A stretch of 64,000 bases of DNA from the human T2T-CHM13v2.0 reference genome, Homo sapiens. Positions 41,721 to 55,080 of this stretch are shown piece after piece (within the stretch, counting starts at the first letter, position 1; every line of letters starts with the position of its first letter). The position numbers and the translations under genes were made by a program. Below the pieces are notes generated by a model. It saw only the letters and a program-made list of their open reading frames with translations. It did not search any database and was not told the DNA's origin. Where the stretch lies: the NCBI RefSeq assembly GCF_009914755.1, contig NC_060935.1; one strand, given 5' to 3'.

Positions 41721-43479
41721 TACAACCAATTACTTTAGGTCCTGCAGTTAAGGACATTAGCTCCTAAGGTAGTGCCTACTCTTTTGCTCATAGTGTGAGA
41801 AATACAAGTTTGGCCCATTAACTTGTCTGTGCAAAGTAGTATCCTTTTAATAGATCCACTCATAAGGCTTCTGTGACATGCTGTTTTCTGGCTGAAACTT
41901 AATTTGCAGTTGTGAAACTCCAGCCAACTTCTAATCCTTAGCTCTCTGAACCCTTCATACATTTAGGTAATTCCTAGTACCTTCAAAATGTTTCTTTGCA
42001 TGTATTATCTATTGCCCAATTATTTACTCGCAATAATTCCCCTGGGAAATCCTGTCATTGGATTAAGGAGTTTATGTGTTATAGACAGATTCATTACTGA
42101 TGGACAAGCAAATAAACATGTAAATAATCTACTCATTTTTTAAATGCAAATCAGCTGTAAGTTTCATTTATCCCTCTGCCTAGGAGCATTGTGTTAGGTA
42201 AGATTGGAGTTAGGCTGATTGATTCAACATGGAGAGTTATTCAAACATGGAGCCTGCCCTTCAATAGTGTTTCAATCACAGGTTGAAATTATTCATAAGG
42301 AAAGCATTCATTGAGTGTCCTTTTTCTCCAAATTCAAGTTAAAACTGGATAAAGTAACTTTATACATATACAATTTTATAAACTGTAAATTTAAATAGAA
42401 GTGTTTACAAGGTATTATTTCTAAAAAAAATCAAAATAGTTCTTTAATAAATTAGCCTAAATATAAATGTTTTTAAAATACAGTCAGTATTAAATCATTA
42501 CGTGATATTTTATTATATGGATTGAGATTTACAGTTGTAGATTTTGTAATAGAATCTTCCTCACTTTTTAAACTTCATACTCAGGTAATCTTAGGTTCCT
42601 CTGGGTGAAATTATAGTCTTTAAATATCCTCATTCTGGTCATGATACTGATTCACTAAATAAAAGGGTTTATTAGTTTCAAGGTCCATTTCTGAATCTTT
42701 AATTCACTTTGTCAGTGGACTTAAAGCATTTTTTAAATAAATTATTCTTCCCAAACTGAAGTGTTACTACATGTGGAATGTATTAGAGCAACAGTCAACG
42801 TAAGCAGATAAGAAACTTTAGATAATATGACAAGGGTTAAAACTTGAAATAATTGTTCCACAGTCATAATTTTGATACATGCAGGGGCTAGGATCTTGAA
42901 GTAATCATTTTCAATCAATACATTTTTATTTTTTTACTTAAAATGTACATATCAGAATTATAAAATATACTAAATAAAATGATAAAAATTTATATAATAT
43001 AAACTAAGTTAAATAAGATGTGCTTGGCACAAGAATTGCATAGATTCTAAGAGATATGATTAAGATTTTTTGATAAATCAGGTAAGAGGAAGCTTGATGT
43101 TATAAAGAGAAAAGAGATAAAAAGTACAAATATCGATTCACATATTTCCTTTAAAAATCTTAGCACATAAAATGTAACAATGAAATCTCAAACCTTAGAA
43201 ATGAATTCTGGTCTAATGGGGACAATGTTGACATTTGTGTAACATACAGCTAATGTTGGCAGGTCAAAAAATTGTGAAATGTACTGATGAGATCTAGTAT
43301 AAAATTACTGTGAATAGAGCTAATGACAGATTTTTGGTATGTTAAGAAAATAAATTAAATTTCCCACTGCTTTCACTGAGAGTAAATCCACATATCTAGA
43401 CTTGGGCATTTTAGTATATTCATTTTTTTTTTCAAAATGTTCACTGTCCCTCTCCTCCTCTTTGGAAAGGTTATTTTAA

Positions 43480-44200
43480 CAGTTAGGTTGATCATGCATG
43501 TTTTGTAGTCAATGGAGCATTAACAGATATGAGGTGAGCAGAGACTTAAAATGTGCTTGTGCTATTTGGCTTGTCTTTTGCAACTCTGCTATATCCATGA
43601 GAAAGTAACTGTTTCTCAGATAGTCATTACCCTTCAATCTGAAACCTACAATAAACACATCCTGAGCAGATCTGAATGAAACTTATAGCTAAATATGCAG
43701 CTAGAAGCAGAGTCTCCCAACCAAACCTAGCCTGTATCGGTAGTTACTCCAGCCATTATACAACTGTGTGACATAGAATAAGTTATTGTTCCTTTAAGTA
43801 ACTGAGTTTGTATAGTTTGTTATGCAGTATTTTACCCAATAATATATGTTAGTCAGAAAAAGGACATGTTACTGTAATAAAAACCTCAAATATGTGGCAG
43901 TGGAATTTGATAACAGGTGGAGAGTGAGAAGGTTGTTAAGCAACCTATCTTTATCTGAATTATTACTTAGAGAAAAGAAAAATAGTGTAAGAGTTTATTA
44001 TCCAACTGTATTAAGAAATCTTTGAAGGGTTGTGCAAGAGGGACAATTGAAAACATAAGGTTATTGTTAAACTTACACATAAGGATGACACTAAAATATG
44101 TAATAACTGGAAAAGAATGGGGATACAGCCTACATGGGTACAACAAATCCAAATGGATTTTGGCCATGAACAACTGCTATGGCTATAATGGTTAAAATCA
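43480..44200 (+). mobile_element. MLT1 (G/H-like) LTR followed by MaLR internal sequence
   Basis: GCAGAGACTTAAAATGTGCTTG...TTTAAGTAACTGAGTTTG...TTGTTATGCAG, then AAAACCTCAAATATGTGGCAGTGG. Confidence 0.6.
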
Positions 44201-44259
44201 AATTTAACACATATTTCAATTCCATATTGCTTATCACTCCACAGATTAGACAAATTCTG

Positions 44260-45640
44260 CTGTGTTGATCAAAACAAAAGACAACAGGAGCCCCCACCTT
44301 CCCACAGACACAGCAGGAGCCTTAACCAGCTGTACTAGCTGTAGCAGGCCTGTTGCCTGTGGATCCAGAAGCAGCCCCACCCACTCACAGACCCTGAAAC
44401 CAACCCTGTCCAACCATAGATACACTCCCAGCCTCACCTTCTCCCTACCTGTCTATGAACCAGCAGCCTGGTCCACATATGGATCCCTGACAGCAGACCT
44501 ATCCATCCGCAGATCCTGGCAGTAGGCCCACACTTGCAGTAGGACTTCCTACAAATAATTCCACTAGGCTTACCCATAGATACCGCCAGTCAACCCCCAG
44601 AATCTCTGATAAGGCTGACTGATTAAGGTCTTTCCTTAGCAAAACTAGTTGGTGAAGCCTGGAAAACATGACTGCCTATTCAAATGCACAGATGTCAATG
44701 CAAAGGCATGTGAATCATGAAGAATCAGAAAGCATGACACCACCGAGGAAACCTAATAAAGCTCCAGTAACTGATGTTAAACAAATGGAGATTCACAAAC
44801 TGATTGTTATAGAATTCAAAAATAACCATCTAGAAAAAAGCTTAATGAGGAACAAAACACAGATACAAAATGAAATCAGGAAAACTATGCATGAACAAAA
44901 TGAGAAGTGTGACAAAGAAATACAAACAATAATGATTAACCAAATAGAAATCAAACAGAAATCCTGGAACTAAGGAGTACAATTACTGAACCGAAAAATG
45001 AAATAGAGATCTTCAAGAAGAAAGAATCAATGGACTCAAAGATAGGTCATTTAAAATTATTCAATTAGAGGAATAAAGAGAAAAAAATAAAAAGACTGAA
45101 GAAAGCTTATAGGACCTGAGTGGAATCATCAAATAAAACAATATATGCTTTATGGGAAACCAAGAAGGAGAAAAAAAGGGAAAAGGGCAGAAAGCTTATT
45201 TAAAGAAATAATTTGAAATAACATTTCAAATCTAAGAAGGAAAATGGACATTCAGATTTATGAAGCCAAAAAATCTCCAGGAATTTGGATCTAAAGAGAA
45301 CCACACTGAAATACAACATAATTAAATTTTCAAAAGTCAAAAATAAATAATTATAAAAATTATCAAGAGAAGAAAACGAATCATATAAAAGGGAATGTCT
45401 ATGGATTATCATTGGATTTCTCAGCAGAAACCTTGGCAGTCTGGAGTGAGGTAATATATTCAAAGCACTGACAGAAAAGAAAAATGACAGCCAAAACTTC
45501 TGTAGCTAGCAACATTATCCTTTTATAATGAAGGAGAGATAAGGCTTTCCCAGACAACCAATGGGAAAGTTCATCACCACGAGATCTTTCTTACACAAGA
45601 TATAAAGTTAGCTGTTCAAGTTGAAACAAAAAGACATTGA
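44260..45640 (+). mobile_element. Old L1M 5'UTR/ORF1 fragment
   Basis: ORF 44668..44973 (MTPP...KAPVTD..QMEI..L...EFK) is L1M ORF1-like; GGAAACCAAGAAGGAGA, GATTTCTCAGCAGAAACCTT. Confidence 0.8.
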
Positions 45641-45644
45641 ACAG

Positions 45645-45890
45645 TTATATTGTTTGGTTCTGTGTCCCCACCCAAATCTTATGTAAAATTGTAATTTTCA
45701 TTGTTGGAGGAGGAGCCTGGTTGGAGGTGATTGAATCATGGGGGTGGTTTCAATGGCTTAGACCCATCCCCCTAATCCCGCTTTTTAAAAAGCGTGTTCA
45801 CGTCCTCTTCTCCCCTCTCCTGCCACTATGTGAAGACATGTTTATTTCCCCCTCACCCTTCTGCCATAATTGTAAGTTTCGTGAGACCTT
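45645..45890 (+). mobile_element. MSTA-like MaLR LTR, 3'-truncated
   Basis: GTTTGGTTCTGTGTCCCCACCCAAATCT...CTGCCATAATTGTAAGTTTC. Confidence 0.8.
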
Positions 45891-46245
45891 ATCCTGTGAC
45901 TGTGCCACCAGGTGCCCAGATGTTTTGTCAGAATTACTCTGGGTGTTTATGTGTAGGTGTTTTTGGATGAGTTTGAAATTTAAATCAATAGACCGAGTAA
46001 AGCAGGTTGTCCTTCATAATGTGAGTAGATGGGCACCATCCAATCAGTTGGGCTGAATACAACAAAAGGCTGATCCTCCTCTGAATAAGATTAAATTTCT
46101 CCTACCTGACTGTCTTTAATCTGGTACGTTGTTGTTGTTGTTGTTGTTGTTGTTTTTCTGCCTTCAGACTTAAACTGAAATATAGGCTATTCCTGGGTCT
46201 GAAGCCTCCTATCCATTGGAAGAAACTACATCTTTTGCTCTCCTA
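45891..46245 (+). mobile_element. MLT2 (C/D-like) LTR fragment with a (GTT)n tract
   Basis: GGTGCCCAGATGTTTTGTCA...GAGTAAAGCAG...ATCCAATCAGTTG. Confidence 0.75.
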
Positions 46246-46821
46246 AGATAAGTTATGTTCTCTAGATGAAATCTGGGACAATCATGTTCTCTCTTTGAAG
46301 AGACTGGAATTAGGACAAAGATTAGTTGAGTCAGTCTCACTGTGCATGTAAATATAGGAGCTCTGAAGGGTCATGTTTCTACCACATAGGTCACAGAAGA
46401 CTACAGGCCAAAGGAGTGAAAGAAAGATAATTGATATTGATTTTTAGAGAGAAGCAAAGGCTGAAAAAAAGAATGTTAAATTTAATAGTCTCCAATTTCT
46501 TGTTTTTCCTGAGTTCTTTTCTGTAGTTCCTTCGATGAAAAACAGAATATCTTTACAAGAGATTACTAGTTTGTTTCAGATACTTTAAATTGGTTGCTAC
46601 TAAAATTATCTTGATTTTATCCTGACTGAAATATTTCCTATGTTTAAATTCCCCAACATAATATAACCTAGGCAGAAACCATAGAGTGATTCAAGTCCTC
46701 TCTATCATAGTGTGTAAATGTAGCGGCAGTGCCAAATTCTCAAGACTGCATGTCTTTCACAGCTCACAATGATGTGACAAAAATATTAGTGTCCAAAGTA
46801 AATCATTTATTTTTTTCTATT

Positions 46822-47212
46822 TGTTATTAAAAATAAACTGTTGACAAATTAAATTTAGCAGAGGCTATTTGAGTAAAAAACAATGCATGAATTGGGGAGT
46901 ACCCTGAATCAGAGGAAGTTCACAGGACCCCGGCCTAGCAATGTGAGCAGTCGGTGAACTTTTATAGAACGAAGACAGAAACAAAGTTGAGAAATCACCT
47001 GATTTATATATCTTCCTTATTTGGGCTGGTGTGATGAATTGGCTATCTACCTGCAAGTGGCTGAAACATGGCTGCTTGTGATTTACTAAAACTCAGGTGT
47101 TTTTTATACTTCTTAGGTTTCAGTTTGTTTACGTACTATGTTAGCTTGCAATTTGCTACGTAGGAAGTCAAGGTAAGAAGGCAGCCTTAGGCCAAGTGTA
47201 ACTTAATTTTAT
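46822..47212 (-). mobile_element. MER4-group ERV1 solo LTR (MER90/MER101-like)
   Basis: Minus strand TTGGCCTAAGGCTGCC...CCTACGTAGCAAATTGCAAGCTAAC...GTACGTAAACAAACTGAAACCTAA; subfamily uncertain. Confidence 0.55.
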
Positions 47213-47259
47213 ATTTTGAAATAAGGCAATACAAAGATGAAAAGAGTCAAATAGGGAGT

Positions 47260-47470
47260 TTGTCTGCCTTGGTCAAATTCTAGTTTAATATAAACTCTCT
47301 GATTTTGCATGGCTTATTGTGTACCTTTGCACGTCTTTTCTTATATTTAAATTAGAAATAATAACCTGTCTCATAGGGTAGTTGTGAGATTTGATTTAAA
47401 AATGTAGCACACTTAGAAGAGTACCTTAGAAATAGCAAACATATAACAAATGTTAAATTTGTTCATTTTC
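47260..47470 (+). mobile_element. MIR
   Basis: TAATAACCTGTCTCATAGGGTAGTTGTGAGATT...GCACACTTAGAAGAGTACCT. Confidence 0.65.
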
Positions 47471-47578
47471 TTAATGATCAAAAATAGTATATCCATTAGG
47501 GTTATTTGGCGATATCAATATAACCCGTTTGGCAAATTAAAAAATACACACACACATCCACCGCTCTCTCTGTCTCTC

Positions 47579-47581
<3 letters not shown>

Positions 47582-47627
<46 letters not shown>

Positions 47628-47630
47628 ACA
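47582..47630. repeat. (CA)n microsatellite
   Basis: Direct inspection. Confidence 0.97.
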
Positions 47631-47639
47631 GACCCACAC

Positions 47640-47832
47640 AGAGTTGGCTGTCCATATCTATGTCTTTGGCATCTGTGGATTAAAACAACTGTGAATCAAA
47701 AGTATTCAAAAAGAAAGTGTCTGTACTGAACATGTAAGTATTTCTTTGTCATTATTCCCTAAATAAAATTGTATAATAACTATTTTCATAGTTTTATATT
47801 GTATTCACTATTAGTAGTAATCTAGAGATTAT
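47640..47832 (+). mobile_element. MER2 (Tigger-group) fragment
   Basis: CATCTGTGGAT...GTCTGTACTGAACATGTA...GTCATTATTCCCTAAA...GTAATCTAGAGAT. Confidence 0.8.
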
Positions 47833-49309
47833 ATATATATTATATTAATAAAAATCATAACAGTGAAACAAAATCCAATAATATTACTAAAAGGCCCTAG
47901 GAAATAGTATATGAGCAGTGGTGTCAGGGTATTTGTATGTATTTCCAAAAAACCTAAAGCACACAAAAGTGTGTTTTCCCCATTGAGTTTTAAAGAAATT
48001 TATTTTCCTGTTTTTCATAAAACTTCAGTGGTAGAGAACTGGTTTTTGACAGATCATCTTGTGCATCTTAGACATGGACCTGTATCAAATAGCTCTTCTA
48101 AAATACTTTTGTGACAGTCTCATCCCGAAGCAGGCAGAAAAATAAGTGAAATAACAAGAAACAATTTGTTTATAGAAATTGTTTTTTCATTGATTGACAT
48201 CTGAACTCAAAAGATATATCGTTTCATTTTCCCCTAGTAGGGTGAATCACATCTGGCAACCTAAATTCTACTAAGTCAAATATTCCTTGTTTTGTCTGAT
48301 AAACTGGAAGATATTTTATATGTGAAGACACAAAGAGCACAGATTCATGTTCCAAATTAAAATTATCATGATTTGCCGTGCAATCTGTAACAAGCCAGTT
48401 AATATAGGTTTGTTGTGACTCTTCACTAATTAGTAGATAACTTGAAAACTTTTGTCCAAAAATTAGAACCTTTGTAATATTTCTTAGTTTCCCCCTGCTC
48501 CTTTCAGCTTTCTGGAACTTATTTGTAGAGATTCTTTCTTTGACACCGACTAAAGTTATTAGCTAGAATATTAATAAGGAAGAAATATGCATTGAAAATA
48601 GAGAATAACAGAAATAATGATTTTTCTACTATAATTTGAAGCTTTAGAGTGGGGAAGGGAAAGTTGATTATTATGTCTATTCTATTGTATGATTTAAAAA
48701 TAATTTCAAAGTTTCGTTTTTTATATTTTGATAGTTTTATATAAACTAAGACAGAAATCAGTTGTTCAGCTGAAAGCAATTATTAAATCTTACAAATTAA
48801 ATTATCTTAAAGAGAAAGTACTGCATTTCATTTTCAAAGATAAAATTCAATTGTGGTCAAACTAATAAGGCTTAGAATCCTTCATGTGTAGAAAAGAAAT
48901 AGTGCTTAGAAATTTTCATCCAACAGATTTAGACATTGAAACCAAGATCTTTCACCTTTATAGCCAAGTTTTGGATACTTTAATTGTCCTCTATTATAGC
49001 TAAAATATCAAAGAAATGAAATCTCAACAAAAGCTTTTGGATGTTGGGTATGTTTCAAATTATTACCTGCTATGTTTAACTTTTTAAAATATGCAAAAAA
49101 TTATGACCTTAATGTAAACATCTTAGTAAAGGGTTTCCACTTCTGGCAATATTATTGAAAGTCAAAGAGCAGTGGAAAAAAATGCAAGGATATTACTAAA
49201 AGGTATCGGAAAATAGTATCTAAGCAGTATTTGTTTTAGAAATGTTAATATAGAAGGCAAAAACAATATAGTATGTAGGTAACTCGTACTGCATTAAATA
49301 TTGTATTGC

Positions 49310-50099
49310 TGAAACGAGACAGTTCCCTGATTCCCCTCACAGGACATGCGAAAGGGGTGTGACTCATCTGTTTCGTGGCCCCACAGCTCCAACCCTTACG
49401 GGGAGCATGCAGATGGGCAAGTGCAGAGGCCCGGGTGAGTGCTTAGGGCTCTTGGTCACGCGGTAGTGTCTAGGGGTGGGTGCCTGCAACCCCAGTGTTA
49501 CCAAGCTGTTTCAGCTTTGCCGTCTGCAGACGTCTTGTGTATTAATCAGCTCAATGGACCCTCTACCTTATCGCAAGAGCAGCGGGACAGTGTGACAGCT
49601 TTCTGTATCCTGAGAACTTGCCCTGTGCCCTGAATAAATTGGATCACGCGAGGGCTCGAAGGATGAGTGAAAGGTGTTATTGAGTGGTGGATGTGGCTCT
49701 CAGTGAGATTGATGGAGATCGGGAAGAGGGGATGGAGTGGGAAGTGGTCTTCCTCTGGAGTCGGGCTGCCCCGTGGTCGGACTCTTGTCTGACCGCCCAA
49801 GTTAACTGAGCTCCCCTTGGCGTCTAGACATCCCTCCTCTTCTTTCTTTCTCTGCCGTGTCATTCCACCGTCGCTCCTCTGCTGGTCTGCTGGTCTACTG
49901 GTCGGCCCTGGAGCTTGGGGTTCAAGGTTTATATATGGGCAACATAGGGGATGTGGTGGGTTAAAAGGCAAGTTTTTGGGAGCGGATACGGAAATGCCTG
50001 TTCTCATTTAGGGCCGTGTATATCCTGGCTTGAGGGTGGGGTCTTTGCTAGAGAATCGCCCTCTTCTACTCAGTATTTCCCTGTTTCCTGTTTATATCA
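49310..50099 (-). mobile_element. LTR1-family (HUERS-P2) solo LTR
   Basis: Minus strand TGATATAAACAGGAAACAGGGAAATACTGAGTAGAAGAGGGCG...GGGAACTGTCTCGTTTCA; TG...CA ends; GC-rich. Confidence 0.85.
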
Positions 50100-50169
50100 T
50101 CACTGTTAGAAAAATGTAATCTTACTTGAGTTTTTTTGTGAAAAGTATTTTATCCTCAAGGAGCATATC

Positions 50170-50880
50170 TTCACCTCCTTAAACATAGGATGCATATAGT
50201 GATTTATTTCCAGAGTACAACATGGAAAGAAAAAATGATGTAACTTTACCGTATAGAATTGTGACAAAAACTACCTCAGCTAGGCTGATCAAGGTCAACA
50301 TCAGCAGTGGTAAATCATTTTGATAGTGTGTATTCTTGAAAGAATATAAGGATCAAGCAGAGGAAGAGGAACTTTTTCTTTCTCAGACTTTTATTGCATT
50401 CAGGTCCTCAACAGATTAAATGAGGCCTGCCCTCATGTGGGAGGGCAATCTGCTTTACCAAGCCTACTAATTCAGTTGCCTTTGTTATCTAGAGACACCT
50501 TCACAGACATACCCATAAATATTGTTAAGCCAAATATTGGGGTACCTCGTGACTCTGTCAAATCGCACATAAAGTTATCGCTTAGACTATCATAATCAAG
50601 AGTAGCCTAAGGAGACATAATGACTAAATGTAATATGTATCCTGGATGGAATCTGGAATAAAAAAAGGACATTAAGTAAAACCAAGTATATATGAATAAA
50701 GAATGGAGTTTAGGTAATAACAATATACCAATATCAGTTCATTAATTGTAACAAATATACCATACTAATGTAAGATACTAATCATAGGGAAAATTGGTAC
50801 ATGATGTATGTGGGAACACTGAAATATATTTGCATTATTTCTGTAAATATACAAAGTCTTAAATAATGTCTATTAAAAAT
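50170..50880 (+). mobile_element. L1MC/MD 3' end interrupted by an antisense MLT2 fragment (~50345-50580)
   Basis: GATCAAGGTCAACATCAGCAGT; GGAGACATAATGACTAAATGTAAT; inner GGAGGGCAATCTGCTTTAC...CCTTCACAGACATACCCA. Confidence 0.7.
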
Positions 50881-50894
50881 GAACCCAAAATTAA

Positions 50895-51010
50895 GAATTT
50901 AGTTCTTTAGTTGCTGTAACCACAATTCAAATGATCAATTATCACAAGTGGGTAATGGATGCCTCCATGGACAGTTCTCATGCAGAATATCACTGAAAAG
51001 TCTATTGAAC
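50895..51010. mobile_element. MER3/MER33-like hAT fragment
   Basis: CACAATTCAAATGATCAAT...CACAAGTGGGTAATGGAT...GGACAG...GAAAAGTCTATTG. Confidence 0.5.
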
Positions 51011-51918
51011 CGTATTGTATATATGTTCTGTGTTCTTACGTAATCTGCTGTGCCAAATATCTGCAACAGAGTACGTCATCATTACGTGCTATATTCACAC
51101 ATTTTGGTTTGTTCAGAAAATCCTCAGTTATTATTATTTTAAACCTAAATTCAGTGTAATTTTAACAACTGAAAAGCAGAATGCCTGACTGTCCTCTGGT
51201 AGGAAGGGTACAAGTATTCTTTCTGTCTTAGGTTCATTCTATTATCAAATTCCTTTATGATCTGCATGTTGTTTTAGGTACACTGGCTACACACCCTTTT
51301 GCATGAGTAAATAAGAAGATGAGTATTTTCATGTATTATATATTATAATCTTGGGACCAGATTTTGTACATGGAAATGCCCAGAACATATTTCTTTCATA
51401 AGTGAAATAAAAGTTTATCTGATAGGGTAGTTGCACTGAATTTTGGAAGTTATTTTTTTTAATCAAATAAAACCACATCTCTGGTAATAAGTTTGCAAAC
51501 AAGACAGGATAAAACTTGTAATTTTATTAACAAGTTAAAACTACTATGTAAATTTGATTCATTATTTTTAAAGAAACTTCCAAATGATTACCTAAGCTTA
51601 AAATGAGCAAATATGAAGAGTGTTTATACTGGAGGCTAATTTAATTGTATCTGAAAAGCAATGCAGTTCTCTCCACAGTTATCCTAACAGTGTATCTTGA
51701 GATGGTACCTCTTTTTGAAGACACAGAAGGTTTTTGAATCTCTTTTCATTAAGAGTATCTGGGTTTATATTGCTTGTTATCAATTCACTATTAATAATTA
51801 TCTTTTGTGCTTAACAATGGTTAATCTAGACTTACATTTATAAGCATTACTAATGATCACTTAAGCTTACAGATGACTAAACATGGCGGGGGATGCTGTC
51901 TCTAGAGGTAAACAATGG

Positions 51919-52128
51919 CTAGGGAAGAAACACCCTTTTCAATAAACGGTGCTGGGAAAATTGGATTGCCACATGCAGAAGAATGAAATTGGATGCCTAT
52001 CTCTCATCACATAGAGGTGATGGTTATACTAAAAGCCCAGATTTCATCTGCACAATATATCCATGTAACAAAATTGCACTTGTACTCCTAAAATTTATAT
52101 GAAAAAGAAAACACACACACACACACAA
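51919..52128 (+). mobile_element. Small L1PB insertion: ORF2 piece joined directly to the 3' terminus
   Basis: TTCAATAAACGGTGCTGGGAAAATTGG (ORF2) followed by GGTGATGG...CTAAAAGCCCAGA...TGCACTTGTAC (3'UTR end); flanked by AAACAATGG. Confidence 0.8.
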
Positions 52129-52304
52129 AAACAATGGTTTTATTACCAGTTGATTTTGGCGCATAGATACCGAAGTGTTTGTATGAAAGTATTTAACTCC
52201 TTGAGCATATTTTCTAGTCCAGACAGCAAGCCTTACAGTTTCTTATAACTGGTAACAGAGATTTTCAGTTTTTAGTTTAGTTTTTTTCCCCACTTACTAA
52301 AGGT

Positions 52305-52420
52305 ATTTTGTTTAAGAATTAATAGAACACAAATTGTGTGTTAGGCACTATTCTAGGTATCTGGGATTCTTTTGTGAACAGAAGTAAAAAAATACCTATT
52401 ACTCATGGTTTTCTAATAAA
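52305..52420 (-). mobile_element. L2 3' fragment
   Basis: TGTGTGTTAGGCACTATTCTAGGTATCTGGGAT...GTGAACA. Confidence 0.6.
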
Positions 52421-53789
52421 ATTCCCAGATCTCTGAAGAAAGGGACTTCAGAGATTATCCAAGCATTCTTAGCTTTTATGTCCCTTATGAGAAACAGAGA
52501 GCTGTGCAATATTCATGTGGTGTATAGGGCGCTCAGAATTCTCTGAGAAGCTCCACTATTTGCCTGTGTCATTTTGATTTCTAGCCTTTGATTCTTAGAA
52601 ACAAATAAAACAATGCAGAATGGACATTTATCTCTGAAGATATATAGATGGTTTTTAACCTTAGATTACAAAGATGTTCGAGCAGTGTTTAGAGTATGAC
52701 TGAATACACAAAGTGATCTGTCAGAATTACACAGAAATAAGCAAAGAAGCTGAGATGTGAGAGGACTCCAAAATCCATGCTTATTTCCTCTCATCAGAAG
52801 AAGGAAGGACAATTTATTATCCCTAACTCACTGAATCAAGGAAATCTCCTCGGGGGAAATTTTTGATGGGCTGTTTTGACAGAGAATAATAATGATAATT
52901 TTTAGAAAGTCACTACTAAAGAAAACATTTGCCAAGGATCTTATTTTGATTTTCATACTCCAGGAATGATAAAATGGGTTTCCTGAAGATTTCAAAGAAA
53001 GTATTATAAATCCAAGAGACATGCGTGCATTTGCTTCTCAATGCAATTTGCTGAAAAGGACTTTGTTTAGAAAGCAGTGCATTTACATCTAATCATTTTT
53101 GAAATCCCAGGTGAAAGGATTGCTTCTTTCTCTAAAGATGGGCATCAATGAGGGAAACAGTGTTAGATGTTTTAAGTTCTAGTATATTTGTTAATCAACA
53201 AGCTTTAAAGATTCTGATGGATAAAAGCAAATGTTGTTCCATTTCTGAGCTCTGATATGTGCTGATTATGTTTTATCACAACCATTTTCTATGTGTTGGT
53301 TTATAGTATCCGACAATTAAAAAGACAACAAGTATACTAAAAATAAAATAGAGCTCCAGTAGCTTATTGAATGAACTATGTGATTGACCTCAGAGATTTT
53401 TTTCCATCTTGAATGTGAATGGACATATGATAGTCTCTGAATTTAAATGAACTCTGCTAATGTCCACATTGAAAATCTTACATTGTTAGAATCAGTTGCA
53501 CTGATGGGAAATACTGTCTCCTATTTTAACCCCTAGTGCTTTTTCATTAAGAGTATTTTCTTTTTCATAGCTTTGTTCTCTTTCAGTACACAATATTTTT
53601 ATTAATTTTTATATGTGTAATAGATTTTTTAAAATAATTGCTTTTGTTTTAACAAAAACTGGCTAAATCTTAGTGTATTGTTCTTTTAATTATTAATTTT
53701 ATATTTACATACTTGTGTTTTATGTGCTTTTGTTTTATACAGCAAATGGTTTGACAGAGCATTTGTGAAACAAGGTAATAGTTGTATTG

Positions 53790-53841
53790 ATATATATATA
53801 TGTATATATATAAAATACATACTTTATATACTTTATATATA

Positions 53842-53882
<41 letters not shown>

Positions 53883-53903
53883 ATATATATATATATATAT
53901 ATA
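53790..53903. repeat. Compound (TA)n(TG)n(TA)n microsatellite
   Basis: Direct inspection. Confidence 0.95.
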
Positions 53904-55080
53904 AAACGTACTTACCATGTTCTAGGCAGCAAATTTATTAAGAAGGCACCCGAATATCCTTATGAGCCCAAAGACAACAGACTTTGGGTTATGGAAAAGC
54001 CAGAAACTGGAAAACTCTTGGCAATGTTTTCTCTCTCCTTTTAATCTGTGTTTCCCTTTTTGAGTTATTTAATTCTTGCTATTTTTATTTACTTAGTTTT
54101 TTGGAAGATAGATTTTATCTACTACTCAACACACATAATATTTGCATCTCTTTTTCACTATTAAAGTTTCAGTTAAGGATTTTTGAGGATCTTGAATTAT
54201 CTTTCCACCAGCAATACAATCATCTGTGTCCATGGGTGTAGGGTCATAGCTTTCAGGATTGTACCCATGGAGTGACATTATCACAGAAAGAATATCATTG
54301 TTTCTTCTGCCAGCACTACAAAAGATGTTAGCTGAAACTTTGTGCTGGAAAGCTGACACATGTTATCTAAGTCAGTTCCTCCTAACAACACTTGGCAGGT
54401 GAATCAGAAAGGTTTTACACTTAGCCCATGGTGACAGGATTGATTGATAGATCTTTATTTAAATGCATCCTGTCTTCACTGCTGAGCTCAATCAAACCCT
54501 CAGAACCCCTGTAAAACAGATGTGGAATCTGCCCGTTTGTACTTTGATGGGAGAAAAAATCACATATGTGTGAAAGCAACCTTCAAAATTGAGCCATTTG
54601 TCCTATAGCTGCACTTATCATGAATGATCTTATTGTTTTTTATCAGATCCTGTACCAACATTTATCAAGTATTTATTTGTGTTTCTGGTGAATACTCTGT
54701 GAAAACCAATAAACATTTTATTATGAGGAAAGAAATTACTAAACTTCTATTTCAAGAGAAAAGATTTTTAAGGTGATTGTATGTTCAACTAGGGATACAG
54801 TTTTACTTTTTTCTTATCCCAGGCATCAAGTTTAATGGACTTGTGTGTGGATAAATAGCACCACAAACCACAGTAGTAGCAGTGGTGCGTAGGGCTGCAA
54901 GTTACTGATAAGTGCATGCTCTCTTAAAGTGATGTATATCCATACATTAGGGAATGTCTACAGCCCATTCCTCAAGGTAACCTGAATGGCTGAGCAAGTG
55001 TGAGAGGAGTTTAATATTAGAAAAGTTGGCTTTAAGGAGAGGGGCATTTCCATATGTTTGTGGCACTCACTTTTTATTAA

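Noticed and set aside
49546-50007. 153-aa ORF as a novel protein
   Set aside because: Lies wholly within a GC-rich LTR1, where long frames occur by chance.
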